64,000 nucleotides of DNA. Source: an uncultured delta proteobacterium. GTDB lineage: Bacteria; Myxococcota_A; Polyangia; Polyangiales; Polyangiaceae. The stretch is taken from assembly GCA_963806225.1 (NCBI GenBank), contig CAWDXG010000001.1:1312001-1376000 (forward strand), written 5' to 3'. This document shows positions 29,623 to 39,226 of the stretch, piece by piece. Position numbers and translations under genes: made by a program. Under the pieces are notes generated by a model, which was not told where the DNA came from, did not search any database, and saw only the letters and a program-made list of their open reading frames with translations. Each line of letters begins with the position of its first letter. Positions within the stretch are counted from its first letter, which is position 1.

Positions 29623-31401
29623 TCAGGGAAGACCGGCGAGGTCCGGGCCGGCGGGGTACTCGTAGCTGGTGTACTTGCCGTATCCGGTCACCTGCACCGA
29701 GAACGGCGCCGAGCCAGTCAACATGTGCAGTGCACCCGGTGTGGAGGTGAGGGGAATGTGCAGCGACGAATAGCTCGAAGTGCCGATCTGCGTTGGCGAT
29801 GCGGCGACCGTCGAGCCGTCGAGGGAAATGGCCGTGCCGGAAGGCGCCACGACGTCGAGGAAGGTCGAGTCGTAGTCGGCGGCTGCAACGATCGCGTAGC
29901 TCTTGCGGTACTGCGCCACGGGCACGACGAAGGTCTGCGATGGGTCGCCTTCTGCGCTGCCCGCAGGCGCACTGGGGTCGAGGATCGCGCCGCCGGGCAG
30001 GATGGTCGCTACGCCGAAAGGCTGGTTGCCACGAACCTCGAACTCCTGGGTGGTCATGCCCAGCCCCACGACCTGCCCGGCGGAGAGCGTGGTGGGTGCG
30101 CCCGTCGGTGGTGTGCCGGATGGGTAGGTGAGCGACGTGTTGTCGACGTGGCCGTACAGTCGCACCAGGTGCCCTGCGGTAGTGCCGTGAGGACCAGATG
30201 GGACGTTGACGACGTAGTCGCGGCCCCAGGCGCGCGCCGGCAGCACGCTCTCCTCCAGGTGATCGCATGCCTGGATTCCGGTCGGAGCCTCCGCGCAGCT
30301 GATGCCGGAGATGACCTGGAGCGGCTTGTCCGAGCTTATCAGCGTGCCACTTGTGTCCGACGTGTCGGAGGAAGCCAGCGAGACCACATCGCCGGCGTTC
30401 ATCGACAGCTGCACGGTGCCGCCCGCGGTCGCCGCCGGCACGCCGCCGCCCGCCACCACGTCTGCTGTCGACGAGAGCTGGACCGTGACGTGCGTGGCGT
30501 CCGCGGTGGCGGTGATCGAAACATACGGTCCAATCTTGGCCACGGACCAACCGGGGACTCCGGTGACGCGATAGGTCTTGCCGAGTGAAGCCGAAGGCAG
30601 AAGCAGCGATGCATCGTTCGAGAACGAGAAGCAACCGATGGGCGCCGCCGTGCTGCTGCAGGTCTGCGTCCCGGGGCACTTGGACCAGTCCTTGCCTGAT
30701 GGGCCCCCAGCGCCCTGGTACTCGTAGGCGTTGAACTGGTAGACGGCGACCGGTGCGGTGCTGACGAGCTTGTAGGCGCCGCCGTCGACGCGCACGGTGG
30801 GGCCGCTCGCGCCTGCTGTGCCGCACTGGTCCGAGTCGGTTCCCTTCAGCTGCGGGACCCAGGGCAGATACACGGTTGCGATCTGGCCCGCGGGGATCTG
30901 CTGCGTGGCGAGAGTCGTGCTGCCGCGCGTGACCGTCACCGTCGCGCTCGTGGTGCCAGGATTCGCGACCCGCACAGCGAAGTCGAACACCGACCACACC
31001 AGGTTCTGGGTGACCGTGGGCCAGAACTCGCAACCGTACGGTCCGTGTGCTGCCGCTGCCGTCGCGCAGGTATCTGCGGCGCTGCCCGCGCTGCCGCCGG
31101 CGCCGCTGCTGCCCGCCGCGCCGGCCGTGCCGCCGCTGCCGGCGGCTCCACCAGCGCCGCCGTTGCTGCAGTTGCACGGCGCATAGCCCGAGCCGTCGCC
31201 CTTGCACACCTGGAAGCCGTTGCAGCCCTTGGGGCCCGCGCAGGCGCTCGATTGTCCGGGCACGCACACTGTCGACGCGTCACCGCCGTTCGACCCGCCG
31301 CTGCCCGAGAGGTCGGTATTCTTCGAGCCACCACAAGCGCCTGCCAAGCCGAGTGCAGCCGCGACCGCGAACACCAGGGCTGTGCCCCCTGACCCTCTCA
31401 T
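29623..31401 (-). CDS. IgGFc-binding-protein-like lipoprotein
   Basis: Lipobox LAGAC, Gly linker, GCEFWPT, PVAVYQFN, SNDASLLLP, CDHLEE, GDPS, SYEYPAG. Confidence 0.85.
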   Translation of the reverse strand: MRGSGGTALVFAVAAALGLAGACGGSKNTDLSGSGGSNGGDASTVCVPGQSSACAGPKGCNGFQVCKGDGSGYAPCNCSNGGAGGAAGSGGTAGAAGSSGAGGSAGSAADTCATAAAAHGPYGCEFWPTVTQNLVWSVFDFAVRVANPGTTSATVTVTRGSTTLATQQIPAGQIATVYLPWVPQLKGTDSDQCGTAGASGPTVRVDGGAYKLVSTAPVAVYQFNAYEYQGAGGPSGKDWSKCPGTQTCSSTAAPIGCFSFSNDASLLLPSASLGKTYRVTGVPGWSVAKIGPYVSITATADATHVTVQLSSTADVVAGGGVPAATAGGTVQLSMNAGDVVSLASSDTSDTSGTLISSDKPLQVISGISCAEAPTGIQACDHLEESVLPARAWGRDYVVNVPSGPHGTTAGHLVRLYGHVDNTSLTYPSGTPPTGAPTTLSAGQVVGLGMTTQEFEVRGNQPFGVATILPGGAILDPSAPAGSAEGDPSQTFVVPVAQYRKSYAIVAAADYDSTFLDVVAPSGTAISLDGSTVAASPTQIGTSSYSSLHIPLTSTPGALHMLTGSAPFSVQVTGYGKYTSYEYPAGPDLAGLP

Positions 31402-31448
31402 GGGGAAGCATGATAGCCGACATCCCTGCCGGTGGCATCTCGAGGCGC

Positions 31449-33035
31449 TCACTTGTTGTTGCGAATCGCCTTGGCGGTGGCCTTGGCGGCCTTTTCGCGA
31501 TCCAGGGCGCTCGTGCGCTGCTTTTCCTTCAGCCGGCGCGCCGCGGCGCCATAGCGTTGCGCGAGCTTCGTCCAGTAGCCGGCGTCGGCCTTGGCGGGGG
31601 CGACGAGTTGGAGGACGTACGCGGCGTCGAACTCGGCCATCCCGGACAGCGGGCTCTTCGAGTGGGCGAGCCGATCGAGCGCTGCCACGTCGCCGACGCC
31701 TCCGGGTAGAAACGGTCCATTGAGCATCATCTCCACCGCGTCGCGGGGGCCGCCCTGGAGCGCCTGGGCGAGCGCGGCGATCAGCCGCGGCTCGTTGTCC
31801 GCGGGGGCAGTAGCCGCCGCGGCGATCGACGCGGCGCGGGCGAAGTCTTTCGAGCGCCAGTACGTCTGGCCGAGCTCCACCAGGAAGCGCGCGTAGAGCT
31901 GGCGTGCCGGTGCGTCCGCTTTCGCTCCGTCCACCCGCTTCTGCGCGGTCGGCGGCACACCGCGCTCGAGCAGCGCGCGCAGCAACGCGGGATCGCTCGC
32001 GTCCGCCTTCGACAGCACGAAGTCCGCGTAGAACGTCGGCAGCTCGGCCGCGAGGCGCTCGCTCCGCGTGTGTGCCTTGAACGGCGGCAGCGCCGGCAGC
32101 ATCAACCCGTCGAGCACGTCGATGCGGCGCCCGCCGTACAGCCGCGACAGCATGGCGCGCGCCTCGCGCACGCGCGCGTCGTGCAGCACGCCGACTGCCG
32201 CGAGGTGCGTGAGCCCGACCAGCGCGGCGTCCCGCCCGCGGTCCTTGCGCGGCTCGAGCGCCTGGTCCAGCGAGCCGTAGTAGAGGTCCGCGAACTCCTT
32301 GTCTTTCGCCAGCTCGTCGGGCAGCGGCACCTTGCGCACCACTTCCACGAAGCGCATGTCCGCCATACCGGCTTCGACCGCGACCACTCCCTCGCCGTAG
32401 CCGTGGAGCTTGGCGCCGCCGGCGGCGATGTCGTGGATGGCGCGGGCCTGCCCGGCGATCCACGGCGCGAGCTTCGACTTGAAGAAGTCGCGGAAGCGCT
32501 CCTTCTTGAACGGCGGCTCGAGGCGCGGCGGCTCGTGGACGAGGCGCGAGAGGCGCGCTCCGAGTCCGATACCGACCAGCGCGTCCTCGACCCGCGCATC
32601 GAGCTTCTGTGCGCGCGCGGCGAGCACGGGCTCCACGAGTGCGTCGCCGCATTCGGCGGGTGCGAGCTCCGCGCGCAGTGCGCGCACCACGCCGGCGGGA
32701 AAGGCGGAGCACTTCTCGAGCGCGGCCAGCTTCGTGTCGCGCCCGGCCTGGTCCGCAGTGCCGAGCGCAGTGTCGAGCGCGTCGAGCGCGGCGTCCCCGT
32801 CGGCCGCGCACGCCGGCGTGGCGCGCTGGCTGAACGCGGTGCAGCTCGCCGGAGCCGGGGGCAGCGCTTTCGGCGCCTCGGGCAGGCCGGCTGCCTTGGC
32901 GGGTGCCGGCGTGCCGGTCGACGGGGCCGGTCGAGCCGGAGCGGGCGCGGCAGGCGGCATAGCGGGGGCAGGGGTCGCCGCGCCACCGCAGCCGACAACG
33001 AGCCACGCACCCAGCAGTACGAGAGCTTTTCGCAT
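31449..33035 (-). CDS. Hypothetical alpha-helical lipoprotein
   Basis: MRKALVLLGAWLVVGC lipobox, Pro/Ala linker, 528 aa. Confidence 0.7.
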   Translation of the reverse strand: MRKALVLLGAWLVVGCGGAATPAPAMPPAAPAPARPAPSTGTPAPAKAAGLPEAPKALPPAPASCTAFSQRATPACAADGDAALDALDTALGTADQAGRDTKLAALEKCSAFPAGVVRALRAELAPAECGDALVEPVLAARAQKLDARVEDALVGIGLGARLSRLVHEPPRLEPPFKKERFRDFFKSKLAPWIAGQARAIHDIAAGGAKLHGYGEGVVAVEAGMADMRFVEVVRKVPLPDELAKDKEFADLYYGSLDQALEPRKDRGRDAALVGLTHLAAVGVLHDARVREARAMLSRLYGGRRIDVLDGLMLPALPPFKAHTRSERLAAELPTFYADFVLSKADASDPALLRALLERGVPPTAQKRVDGAKADAPARQLYARFLVELGQTYWRSKDFARAASIAAAATAPADNEPRLIAALAQALQGGPRDAVEMMLNGPFLPGGVGDVAALDRLAHSKSPLSGMAEFDAAYVLQLVAPAKADAGYWTKLAQRYGAAARRLKEKQRTSALDREKAAKATAKAIRNNK

Positions 33036-33069
33036 GGGCACGTTTGTAGCGTGCCCCGGCGCGTAGCGT

Positions 33070-33942
33070 CTATCCCGCCATCTCCGCGCGCTCCGGGGCG
33101 GCGAGCCCGCCGAGCTCGTCGAAGAGCGCCGCCGAGGCCTGCGCCCGCGCTGCCCACCAGTAGGACAGCGGCGCGCTCCGCCGGCTGTGGGCGAGCTGCG
33201 CGGCGCGCGCCAGGGCGGCGAGCCCGCGCAGCGCGCCGGCTGCATCCTGCGAGAGCAGCGCCTTGAGCACGAACCGCCGCTCGCCGGCGCGCGCGCCGAG
33301 TCCGAGGCGGCGAGCGAGGTCGACGAGATCGTCGCGCACCACGATCCTGCCGCTCGACAGCGGCGCGAGAGCGAAGGCGAGCAGCCCGTCGAGATCGAGG
33401 TCCCGCGCGGCCGGCAGCGCAGGCGCTTCCCGGAGGTGGAGCGGGAGCTGCGCGGGCTCGCCCAGCTCGCGCGTCTCGTCTTCCACCAGCTCGGCCAGAA
33501 GCCCACCCCAGCGCTGGTAGAAGGGCGGAGCCTCCGCGCGCACGCGCTCGAGCCACATCGGCAGCCAGGCGATCAGGTGCTCGTGGAAGTGGGCGGCCCG
33601 CGCGTGGCGGAAGCGTGCGCGCGCCGCGGGCAGGGCCGCCATCTCCTCCCCCTCGACTAGCGAGGCGTGTATCGAGAGCATCGTCGCGAGGTGGTCCGGC
33701 TCGGCGGGCGGCGTGAGCCCGAGCGCGCGCCAGAAGCCGGCAATGCGATCGCGCGCATCCCCGCCCATCATGCCCTCGGCGCCGAGGTACACCGAAGCGT
33801 ACGGATAGAACCGGAACAGGAAGCACTCGCTGTACTCCCACGTCTCGGCGGGCTCGCCGAGGTCCAGCATGCGCGCCACGCGCGAGTGACCTTCCGCGGG
33901 AGGCTCCGACAACAGAGCCAGTGAACGCCAGAGCTCGTTCAC
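33070..33942 (-). CDS. TorD/DmsD family molybdoenzyme chaperone
   Basis: GTGA overlap with the upstream gene. YPYASVYLG, EPDHLATML, HLIAWLP. Confidence 0.85.
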   Translation of the reverse strand: MNELWRSLALLSEPPAEGHSRVARMLDLGEPAETWEYSECFLFRFYPYASVYLGAEGMMGGDARDRIAGFWRALGLTPPAEPDHLATMLSIHASLVEGEEMAALPAARARFRHARAAHFHEHLIAWLPMWLERVRAEAPPFYQRWGGLLAELVEDETRELGEPAQLPLHLREAPALPAARDLDLDGLLAFALAPLSSGRIVVRDDLVDLARRLGLGARAGERRFVLKALLSQDAAGALRGLAALARAAQLAHSRRSAPLSYWWAARAQASAALFDELGGLAAPERAEMAG

Positions 33943-36851
33943 GACTTCTTCTCCGGCAGCTTGAAGATGTCGCGGCCGGGTTTCAGCGGTCGGAGCAGCC
34001 AATAGGGCCGCCGCGTGCCGTCGGGCGAGACCTGGCTGGCGGGGCGCGTATCGGAGAGCCAGCGCTGGTAGGCCTGCTTCGACTTGTCGGTGTCGACCGA
34101 GATGTCGCCATAGCTGTCACCGGGCTCGGCGCGCTTCACGCGCACGGCCTGGTGCCAGCAGTGCATGCCGGAGATCGGGTCGGGATGGACCGGGAAGGTG
34201 AGGTTCTGGTGCACGCCCGCGTCGGTCCACCAGATGCGTGAAGTGTCGGCGTCGGAGCTCCGAGAAGCCTCGACGCCGCGCTTGCGCTTCATCGTCCAGC
34301 GGCTCTTGTCGTGTCCGAGCCCCACCGTGGTCATCATCTGGCGCTGCCCTTCCTGCCCGGAGAGCTTCCAGCGCCCCATGTGGTGGCTACACGCGACCAC
34401 GCCGGGGCGGATGCCCTCGGTGACCCAGGCCTTGACCACGAAGTGCCCGATCTCGGTCTCGACCCGCACCAGATCGCCGGTCTGGATACCGCCCAGGCGC
34501 TTCGCGTCGGAGGGATGCAGCCACAGCGGGTTGGTGTGCGCGATCTCGTCCAGCCACTTGGCGTTGGCGCTGCGCGTGTGGATCTGCACCGGCAGCCGGA
34601 AGGTCGGGATCAGGACCATCTGATCCTTGTCCAGCGCGCTGGGGTGCACGTGGCTCTTGATGTACGTGGGCAGCGCGTACTCGGGCCAGCCCCAGTCCTT
34701 GAGCGTCTTCGAGAAGAACTCGAGCCGGCCACTCGGCGTCGGGAAGCCGCGGTGCAGCTTGCCGTCGATCTGCACGCCGACCGGGCGGCGCCCCTCGGCG
34801 TCGGGGTCCGGGGCGGGCTGCGGCGCGATGTTGGGTCCGGCGGGCTTGTCGGCGCGCGTGTAGACCCGGCCGATGGGGCTCACCGCGACGTCGTCGAGCT
34901 CGCTGTCGGGGACCGGCTGCTCGTAGACTGCGCCGATGCCTTTTTTTACCTCGAAGGCGCCGTAGCGCCGCATGTATTCGAGCGGCGTAATGCCCTCGGC
35001 CGCGGCTCGCTCGGGCAGACCGGGTACGGAGTTGTCGAAGATCCAGCCGTAGTACTCGTCGACACCGAGCTTTTTGCCGGGGCGCTCTTTCGACTCGAAG
35101 TACTGGCGGATGCCGAGCTCACCGTCAGGGTCGATGCGCCAGCTCATCTCGATCCAGAACTCGTTCTCTTCCCACACCTCGCCCGGGTTCACGTCGCGCG
35201 TGTCCTTGACTTCCTCGCCGAGGCGCGTGCGCGCCGCGCGCAGCACCGGCTGGCGGAAGCCGAGCCACTGCGCGTCGTGGGTCTCGTAGGAGTGGATGTC
35301 GTGCCGCTCGCTGCCCACGCCCATCGGCAGCACGTAGTCGGCGAAGTACGCCGTCTCGTTCCAGGTCGGGGTGAGAGCGACGTGCAGACCAACCAGATCG
35401 GGATCGGTCAGCATCTCCATCCAGCTGAACCCGTCCGGGTTGGTCCACAGGGGATTGTAGACACGGGTGAAGTACACATCGAGCTTGCCGCGCCCCTCCT
35501 TGACCAGATGCGGCAGGAGGAACGACATCTCGTTCATCGCCAGCGGGTACTCCTCCGGCCAGCTCAGGTGGTTCCAGACGTGCGGGTGCGGCGGCGTGTA
35601 CATCGGGCGTGCCACGAACTTGTTCCAGGCGTTCGGATACGTGCCGCCCGGCACGGCGACGGCGCCCATCAGCGCGTTCAGGAACAGGAGCGTGCGGCTG
35701 ACCTGCCAGCCGCCGAGGTTGCCCGCCGCGGCGCTGCGCCAGTTGTGCGTGGCGAGCTGGGTGCCCGCCGTCGCGACGACCTTCGCGATCTCCTCCAGCG
35801 TTGCTGCGTCCACGCCGGACTCGCGCGCCGCGAACTCGAAGCTGTAGTCCTTGTACAGCGTTGCCAGGATCTGCTCGAAGCTCTCGAAGCTCTGCTCGGC
35901 TTCCGGGTGCTCCTCGGCGAGATACTCCTGCCAGTTCCACCAGCGGCGCACGTAGTCGCGGTTGTAGAGCCGCTCCTCTATCAAGTAGTTCGCGATGGCG
36001 AGCAGGATGGCCGCCTCGCTGCCGGGCTGCGGTGCGATCCAGTAGTCGGCGTGGGTTGCGGTGTTGCTCAGCCGTACGTCGAAGACGATCACCTTGCCGC
36101 CGCGCTGCTTGCTCTCGATGATGCGCTGGGCGTGCGGGTTGAAGTAGTGCCCGGCTTCGAGATGCGCGCTCACCAGGAGCGACACGCGCGCGTTCTCGTA
36201 GTCGGGGCTTGGCCGGTCGAAGCCGAACCAGTAGTGGTAGCCGGCGCGCCCGCCGGACGAGCAGATGTTGGTGTGGGAGTTGTGCCCGTCGAGACCCCAC
36301 GCGGCGAGCACGCGTTCGGTGTAGCCGTCCTCGCCGGGGCGGCCCACGTGGTACATCACCTCGTTGTGGCGCTTTTCCTCGAGCGCCTTTCGGATGCGCG
36401 CGGCGATGTCGTCGAGTGCCTCGTCCCAGCTCACCCGCTCCCAGCGCCCCTCGCCGCGCTTGCCGGCGCGCTTCATCGGGTAGAGGATCCGGTCCGGGTC
36501 GATGACCTGGTTCACCGTCGCCGGGCCCTTGGCGCAGTTGCGCCCGCGCGAGCCCGGGTGCTCGGGGTTGCCCTCGAATTTTCTGACCTGCAGGCTTTCG
36601 CGATCGACATAGGCGAGAAGGCCGCAGGCGGACTCGCAGTTGAAGCAGGTGGTCGGCACCAGCATGTAGCGGTGCTCGACGCGCTCGGGCCAGGCGCGCG
36701 AGTCGAGCTCGACCCAGTCGTCCCAGCGCTCCTTGGGCGGGAACGCTGCGAGGTGGATGCGGCTGGCGCCCGGGTAGAACGTCTCGCCGCGGCTTTCGGT
36801 CTCGCGACGTGCGGCGGAGACGCGCTCGTTCAGCTTGGACAGGGACGACAT
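33939..36851 (-). CDS. Mo/W-bisPGD (DMSO reductase family) oxidoreductase catalytic subunit, no Tat signal, Cys ligand
   Basis: TTCFNCESACG..NCAKG FeS motif, DPDRILYPMKR, WERVSWDEAL, HTNICSS, NETAYFADYVLP, FPTPSGRLEF, WLHPSDAKRLG. Confidence 0.92.
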   Translation of the reverse strand: MSSLSKLNERVSAARRETESRGETFYPGASRIHLAAFPPKERWDDWVELDSRAWPERVEHRYMLVPTTCFNCESACGLLAYVDRESLQVRKFEGNPEHPGSRGRNCAKGPATVNQVIDPDRILYPMKRAGKRGEGRWERVSWDEALDDIAARIRKALEEKRHNEVMYHVGRPGEDGYTERVLAAWGLDGHNSHTNICSSGGRAGYHYWFGFDRPSPDYENARVSLLVSAHLEAGHYFNPHAQRIIESKQRGGKVIVFDVRLSNTATHADYWIAPQPGSEAAILLAIANYLIEERLYNRDYVRRWWNWQEYLAEEHPEAEQSFESFEQILATLYKDYSFEFAARESGVDAATLEEIAKVVATAGTQLATHNWRSAAAGNLGGWQVSRTLLFLNALMGAVAVPGGTYPNAWNKFVARPMYTPPHPHVWNHLSWPEEYPLAMNEMSFLLPHLVKEGRGKLDVYFTRVYNPLWTNPDGFSWMEMLTDPDLVGLHVALTPTWNETAYFADYVLPMGVGSERHDIHSYETHDAQWLGFRQPVLRAARTRLGEEVKDTRDVNPGEVWEENEFWIEMSWRIDPDGELGIRQYFESKERPGKKLGVDEYYGWIFDNSVPGLPERAAAEGITPLEYMRRYGAFEVKKGIGAVYEQPVPDSELDDVAVSPIGRVYTRADKPAGPNIAPQPAPDPDAEGRRPVGVQIDGKLHRGFPTPSGRLEFFSKTLKDWGWPEYALPTYIKSHVHPSALDKDQMVLIPTFRLPVQIHTRSANAKWLDEIAHTNPLWLHPSDAKRLGGIQTGDLVRVETEIGHFVVKAWVTEGIRPGVVACSHHMGRWKLSGQEGQRQMMTTVGLGHDKSRWTMKRKRGVEASRSSDADTSRIWWTDAGVHQNLTFPVHPDPISGMHCWHQAVRVKRAEPGDSYGDISVDTDKSKQAYQRWLSDTRPASQVSPDGTRRPYWLLRPLKPGRDIFKLPEKKS

Positions 36852-36861
36852 CGCGGAATCC

Positions 36862-38397
36862 TCAGGCGAGCGGGACGGACTGTCCGGCTTGGACGTAGGC
36901 GTGCTCGTGGAGCAGCAGGCCGAGCAGGGCGAACGGGGCGGCGGCGACACCGAGCACCGGCGCCGCCACGGCAACCAGCGTCAGAACGAGGCCGGCGCGG
37001 AAGAAGCCGCCGTAGCGACCGCGCGTCATCTCCTCGGCGGCGAGCCGCGCGTGTGCGGTGGGGTGGGCGAGCGTGGTTTCGCCCAGCACCAGCAAGAGGT
37101 GCAGCCCGCTGGCGACGGCGAGTACCCACGACAGCGGTGTCACTAGCGCGGGCGCGAGTGTCAGCGCTGCGGGCAGCAGTGCAGCGGAGCCCGCCATGAA
37201 CGACTGCACCACCAGGTGCGGCGGCAGGAGCGGGCTCTGCCACAGATCACGCGCCTTCGACTGCGCGAAGAGGTACGCCGTGTAGACGGCGGTCAGGACC
37301 GAGAGCGGGATGCCCGCCGCCATCAGCGGCTGCTGCACGCCCTGCCAGCCGAGCAGGCTCGACAGGAAGTGAAGCGCGAGCACAGCGGAGTAGCCGCCGA
37401 TGATGAACGCGCCGCGGACCAGCCAGCTCTTCCACTGCGGTCGCGTGAAGATCATGTAGAAGCGCGAGGGGTGCTCGAGATCGGCGATCAGGATGAGGCC
37501 GGTCAGCGCCAGGAACGCACCGGCCAGGATCGGCGCGACCCAGCGCCAGAGCACGCTGTCTGCCGGCAGCATGTCCGTGAGCACGAGCAGGGCGGGGATC
37601 AGATACGCACCGGCGGCGACGCCCTTGGTCCAGGTGTAGGCGCTCACGCGCCAGTCCCAGGGCGCGCGGTGCGGCACGTCGTAGGCGAGCACGGCGGCGG
37701 CGGAGCTGTTCGCGCCGCCGGGATGGCCGGAGGTGACCTGGTGCGGCACGTTGCCCTGCTCGCTCCACATGAAGATCCCGCCCGGCGGGCGCGCGGCGGC
37801 GATCGGATCGAGCGTGGCCTGGTGCGCTCCCTTGTAGAACAGCTTCGGGTGCGTCTCCTTCTCGGGGCGGCGTACCGTGACTGGCTCGCGTCCCACCATC
37901 TTTGCCACGCGTGACGCGGGGTCGTTCAGGTCGCCGACCATGATCGCTTGCGTTGGACACACCGTGACGCAGGCGGGCTCGAGGCCCACGTCGATACGGT
38001 GGGCGCAGAAGTTACACTTCTCCGCCGAGTGGTCCTCGGGATTGATGAAGATGGCGTCGTACGGACAGGCCGCGATGCACGCCTTGCAGCCGATGCAGAT
38101 CGACTTGTCGAAGTCGACAATTCCGTCCGACCGGATGTGCATCGCGCTGGTCGGGCAGGCCAGAGCACAGGGCGCTTCCTCGCATTGGTTGCAGCGTGTG
38201 ACCTGGAAGGCGCGGCGTGTCTCGGGGAAGGTTCCCACGTCCACGTACTTCACGTACGTGCGGTGCACCGAGAGCGGGACGAGGTTCTCGCTCTTGCAGG
38301 CCGTGCTGCAGGCGTGACAGCCGATGCAGCGCGAGTGATCGATGACTTTGGCCCACTTCACTTTCAGCGCACCGGGCCGCTCTGCGCTCGACTGCAT
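36862..38397 (-). CDS. 4x[4Fe-4S] ferredoxin (DmsB/NrfC-like) fused to an NrfD/PsrC membrane anchor
   Basis: CIGCHACSTAC, CNQCEEAPCALACP, CIGCKACIAACP, KCNFC..PACVTVCP, then PWDWRVSAY, LIADLEHPSRF, SWLVRGA and several TM helices. Confidence 0.9.
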   Translation of the reverse strand: MQSSAERPGALKVKWAKVIDHSRCIGCHACSTACKSENLVPLSVHRTYVKYVDVGTFPETRRAFQVTRCNQCEEAPCALACPTSAMHIRSDGIVDFDKSICIGCKACIAACPYDAIFINPEDHSAEKCNFCAHRIDVGLEPACVTVCPTQAIMVGDLNDPASRVAKMVGREPVTVRRPEKETHPKLFYKGAHQATLDPIAAARPPGGIFMWSEQGNVPHQVTSGHPGGANSSAAAVLAYDVPHRAPWDWRVSAYTWTKGVAAGAYLIPALLVLTDMLPADSVLWRWVAPILAGAFLALTGLILIADLEHPSRFYMIFTRPQWKSWLVRGAFIIGGYSAVLALHFLSSLLGWQGVQQPLMAAGIPLSVLTAVYTAYLFAQSKARDLWQSPLLPPHLVVQSFMAGSAALLPAALTLAPALVTPLSWVLAVASGLHLLLVLGETTLAHPTAHARLAAEEMTRGRYGGFFRAGLVLTLVAVAAPVLGVAAAPFALLGLLLHEHAYVQAGQSVPLA

Positions 38398-38458
38398 TCT
38401 TGTCTCTCCCCGGCTCCCGCCCTCCGGGGCGGAGCGCGCACGGTCGGGAGTCGGTTTT

Positions 38459-38474
38459 TGCAGGAACCACGCCA
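38459..38474 (-). promoter_or_regulatory. Candidate sigma54 promoter of the Mo-enzyme operon
   Basis: Minus strand TGGCGTGGTTCCTGCA (GG-N10-GC), about 60 bp upstream of the ATG at 38397. Confidence 0.55.
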
Positions 38475-38527
38475 GCCCCGGCCAGAGCCGATTCCGGCGG
38501 CGTGGCGCGCCCGGAGGCGGATGCGTC

Positions 38528-38552
38528 GCAACATTCGTGCAACAAATGTTGC
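38528..38552. promoter_or_regulatory. Candidate enhancer (bEBP binding) site
   Basis: GCAACATT-N9-AATGTTGC inverted repeat with a third GCAACA at 38539. AT-rich, 55-80 bp upstream of the sigma54 motif. Confidence 0.45.
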
Positions 38553-38622
38553 TCGACATCGAGCGCGGGCGGCGCGCGAAACCGGTGCGTTCCGGTCAGG
38601 CCGTGGCGAACCTGGTGCGCGC

Positions 38623-39186
38623 TCAGCCGGGTGCCGCAGCGTAACGTCGCACGCTCGGCGCATCGGGGCGCAGCAGATTGTCGAGCTCGTCGACGAACTG
38701 CTGCGTCACGTCCTGCGACGCCGGCACCTCGAGGCTCGCGATGGGATCGGGCAGGCCCAGCACGATGGTGGCCAGGCTGGTGTCGCGGATGCAGGCGATC
38801 ACGTGTGGCGCGTCCGGTGCGAGGATCCGCGAGGAGAGAGCGGGGTAGTGGCCGGTGCCGGCGGCTTCCAGCTTTCCCACGCTGTCGACGACGACCACCT
38901 CGAGCCCCGGTTCGGAAAGCCACGAGGCTGCGGCGTGGAAGCCGCGCTCGTCGAAGCGCCACGAGCACAAGTGCGGCTCGTGGGAGACGCGGGCGAGCGC
39001 GTGGGAGCGACCGTCGAGCAACCGCACTACGTCCCAGCCGATGATGGTGCCGTCGTCGTCACGCACGGCGTCCTGTACGAAGCCGCCAACGCGGAAGCCG
39101 CGATGCGCCAGCGCTTGCCCGATGCGCCACGCATAGCCCGCCTTGTTTGCCCGGATGCCACCGATGATCGCCGACCAGCCCGCCAT
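38623..39186 (-). CDS. DUF2478 / NTPase-like protein
   Basis: RGFRVGGFVQ, VVVVDSVGKLEAAGTG. Confidence 0.7.
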   Translation of the reverse strand: MAGWSAIIGGIRANKAGYAWRIGQALAHRGFRVGGFVQDAVRDDDGTIIGWDVVRLLDGRSHALARVSHEPHLCSWRFDERGFHAAASWLSEPGLEVVVVDSVGKLEAAGTGHYPALSSRILAPDAPHVIACIRDTSLATIVLGLPDPIASLEVPASQDVTQQFVDELDNLLRPDAPSVRRYAAAPG

Positions 39187-39226
39187 GGATCCACACCTCC
39201 GGCTCGAAGCCTCCAGTCACGGCTGA

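Noticed and set aside
33939..36851. Mo enzyme as a Sec-containing formate dehydrogenase
   Set aside because: The ORF is continuous with no in-frame TGA, and the site is HTNICS rather than the FDH-type (C/U)H motif.
34311..37199. Long antisense and alternate-frame ORFs (e.g. 962 aa here, 1127 aa at 29623-33006, 968 aa at 54887-57793)
   Set aside because: These are shadow ORFs or spurious N-terminal extensions typical of high-GC DNA, Arg/Ala/Pro-rich with no motifs.
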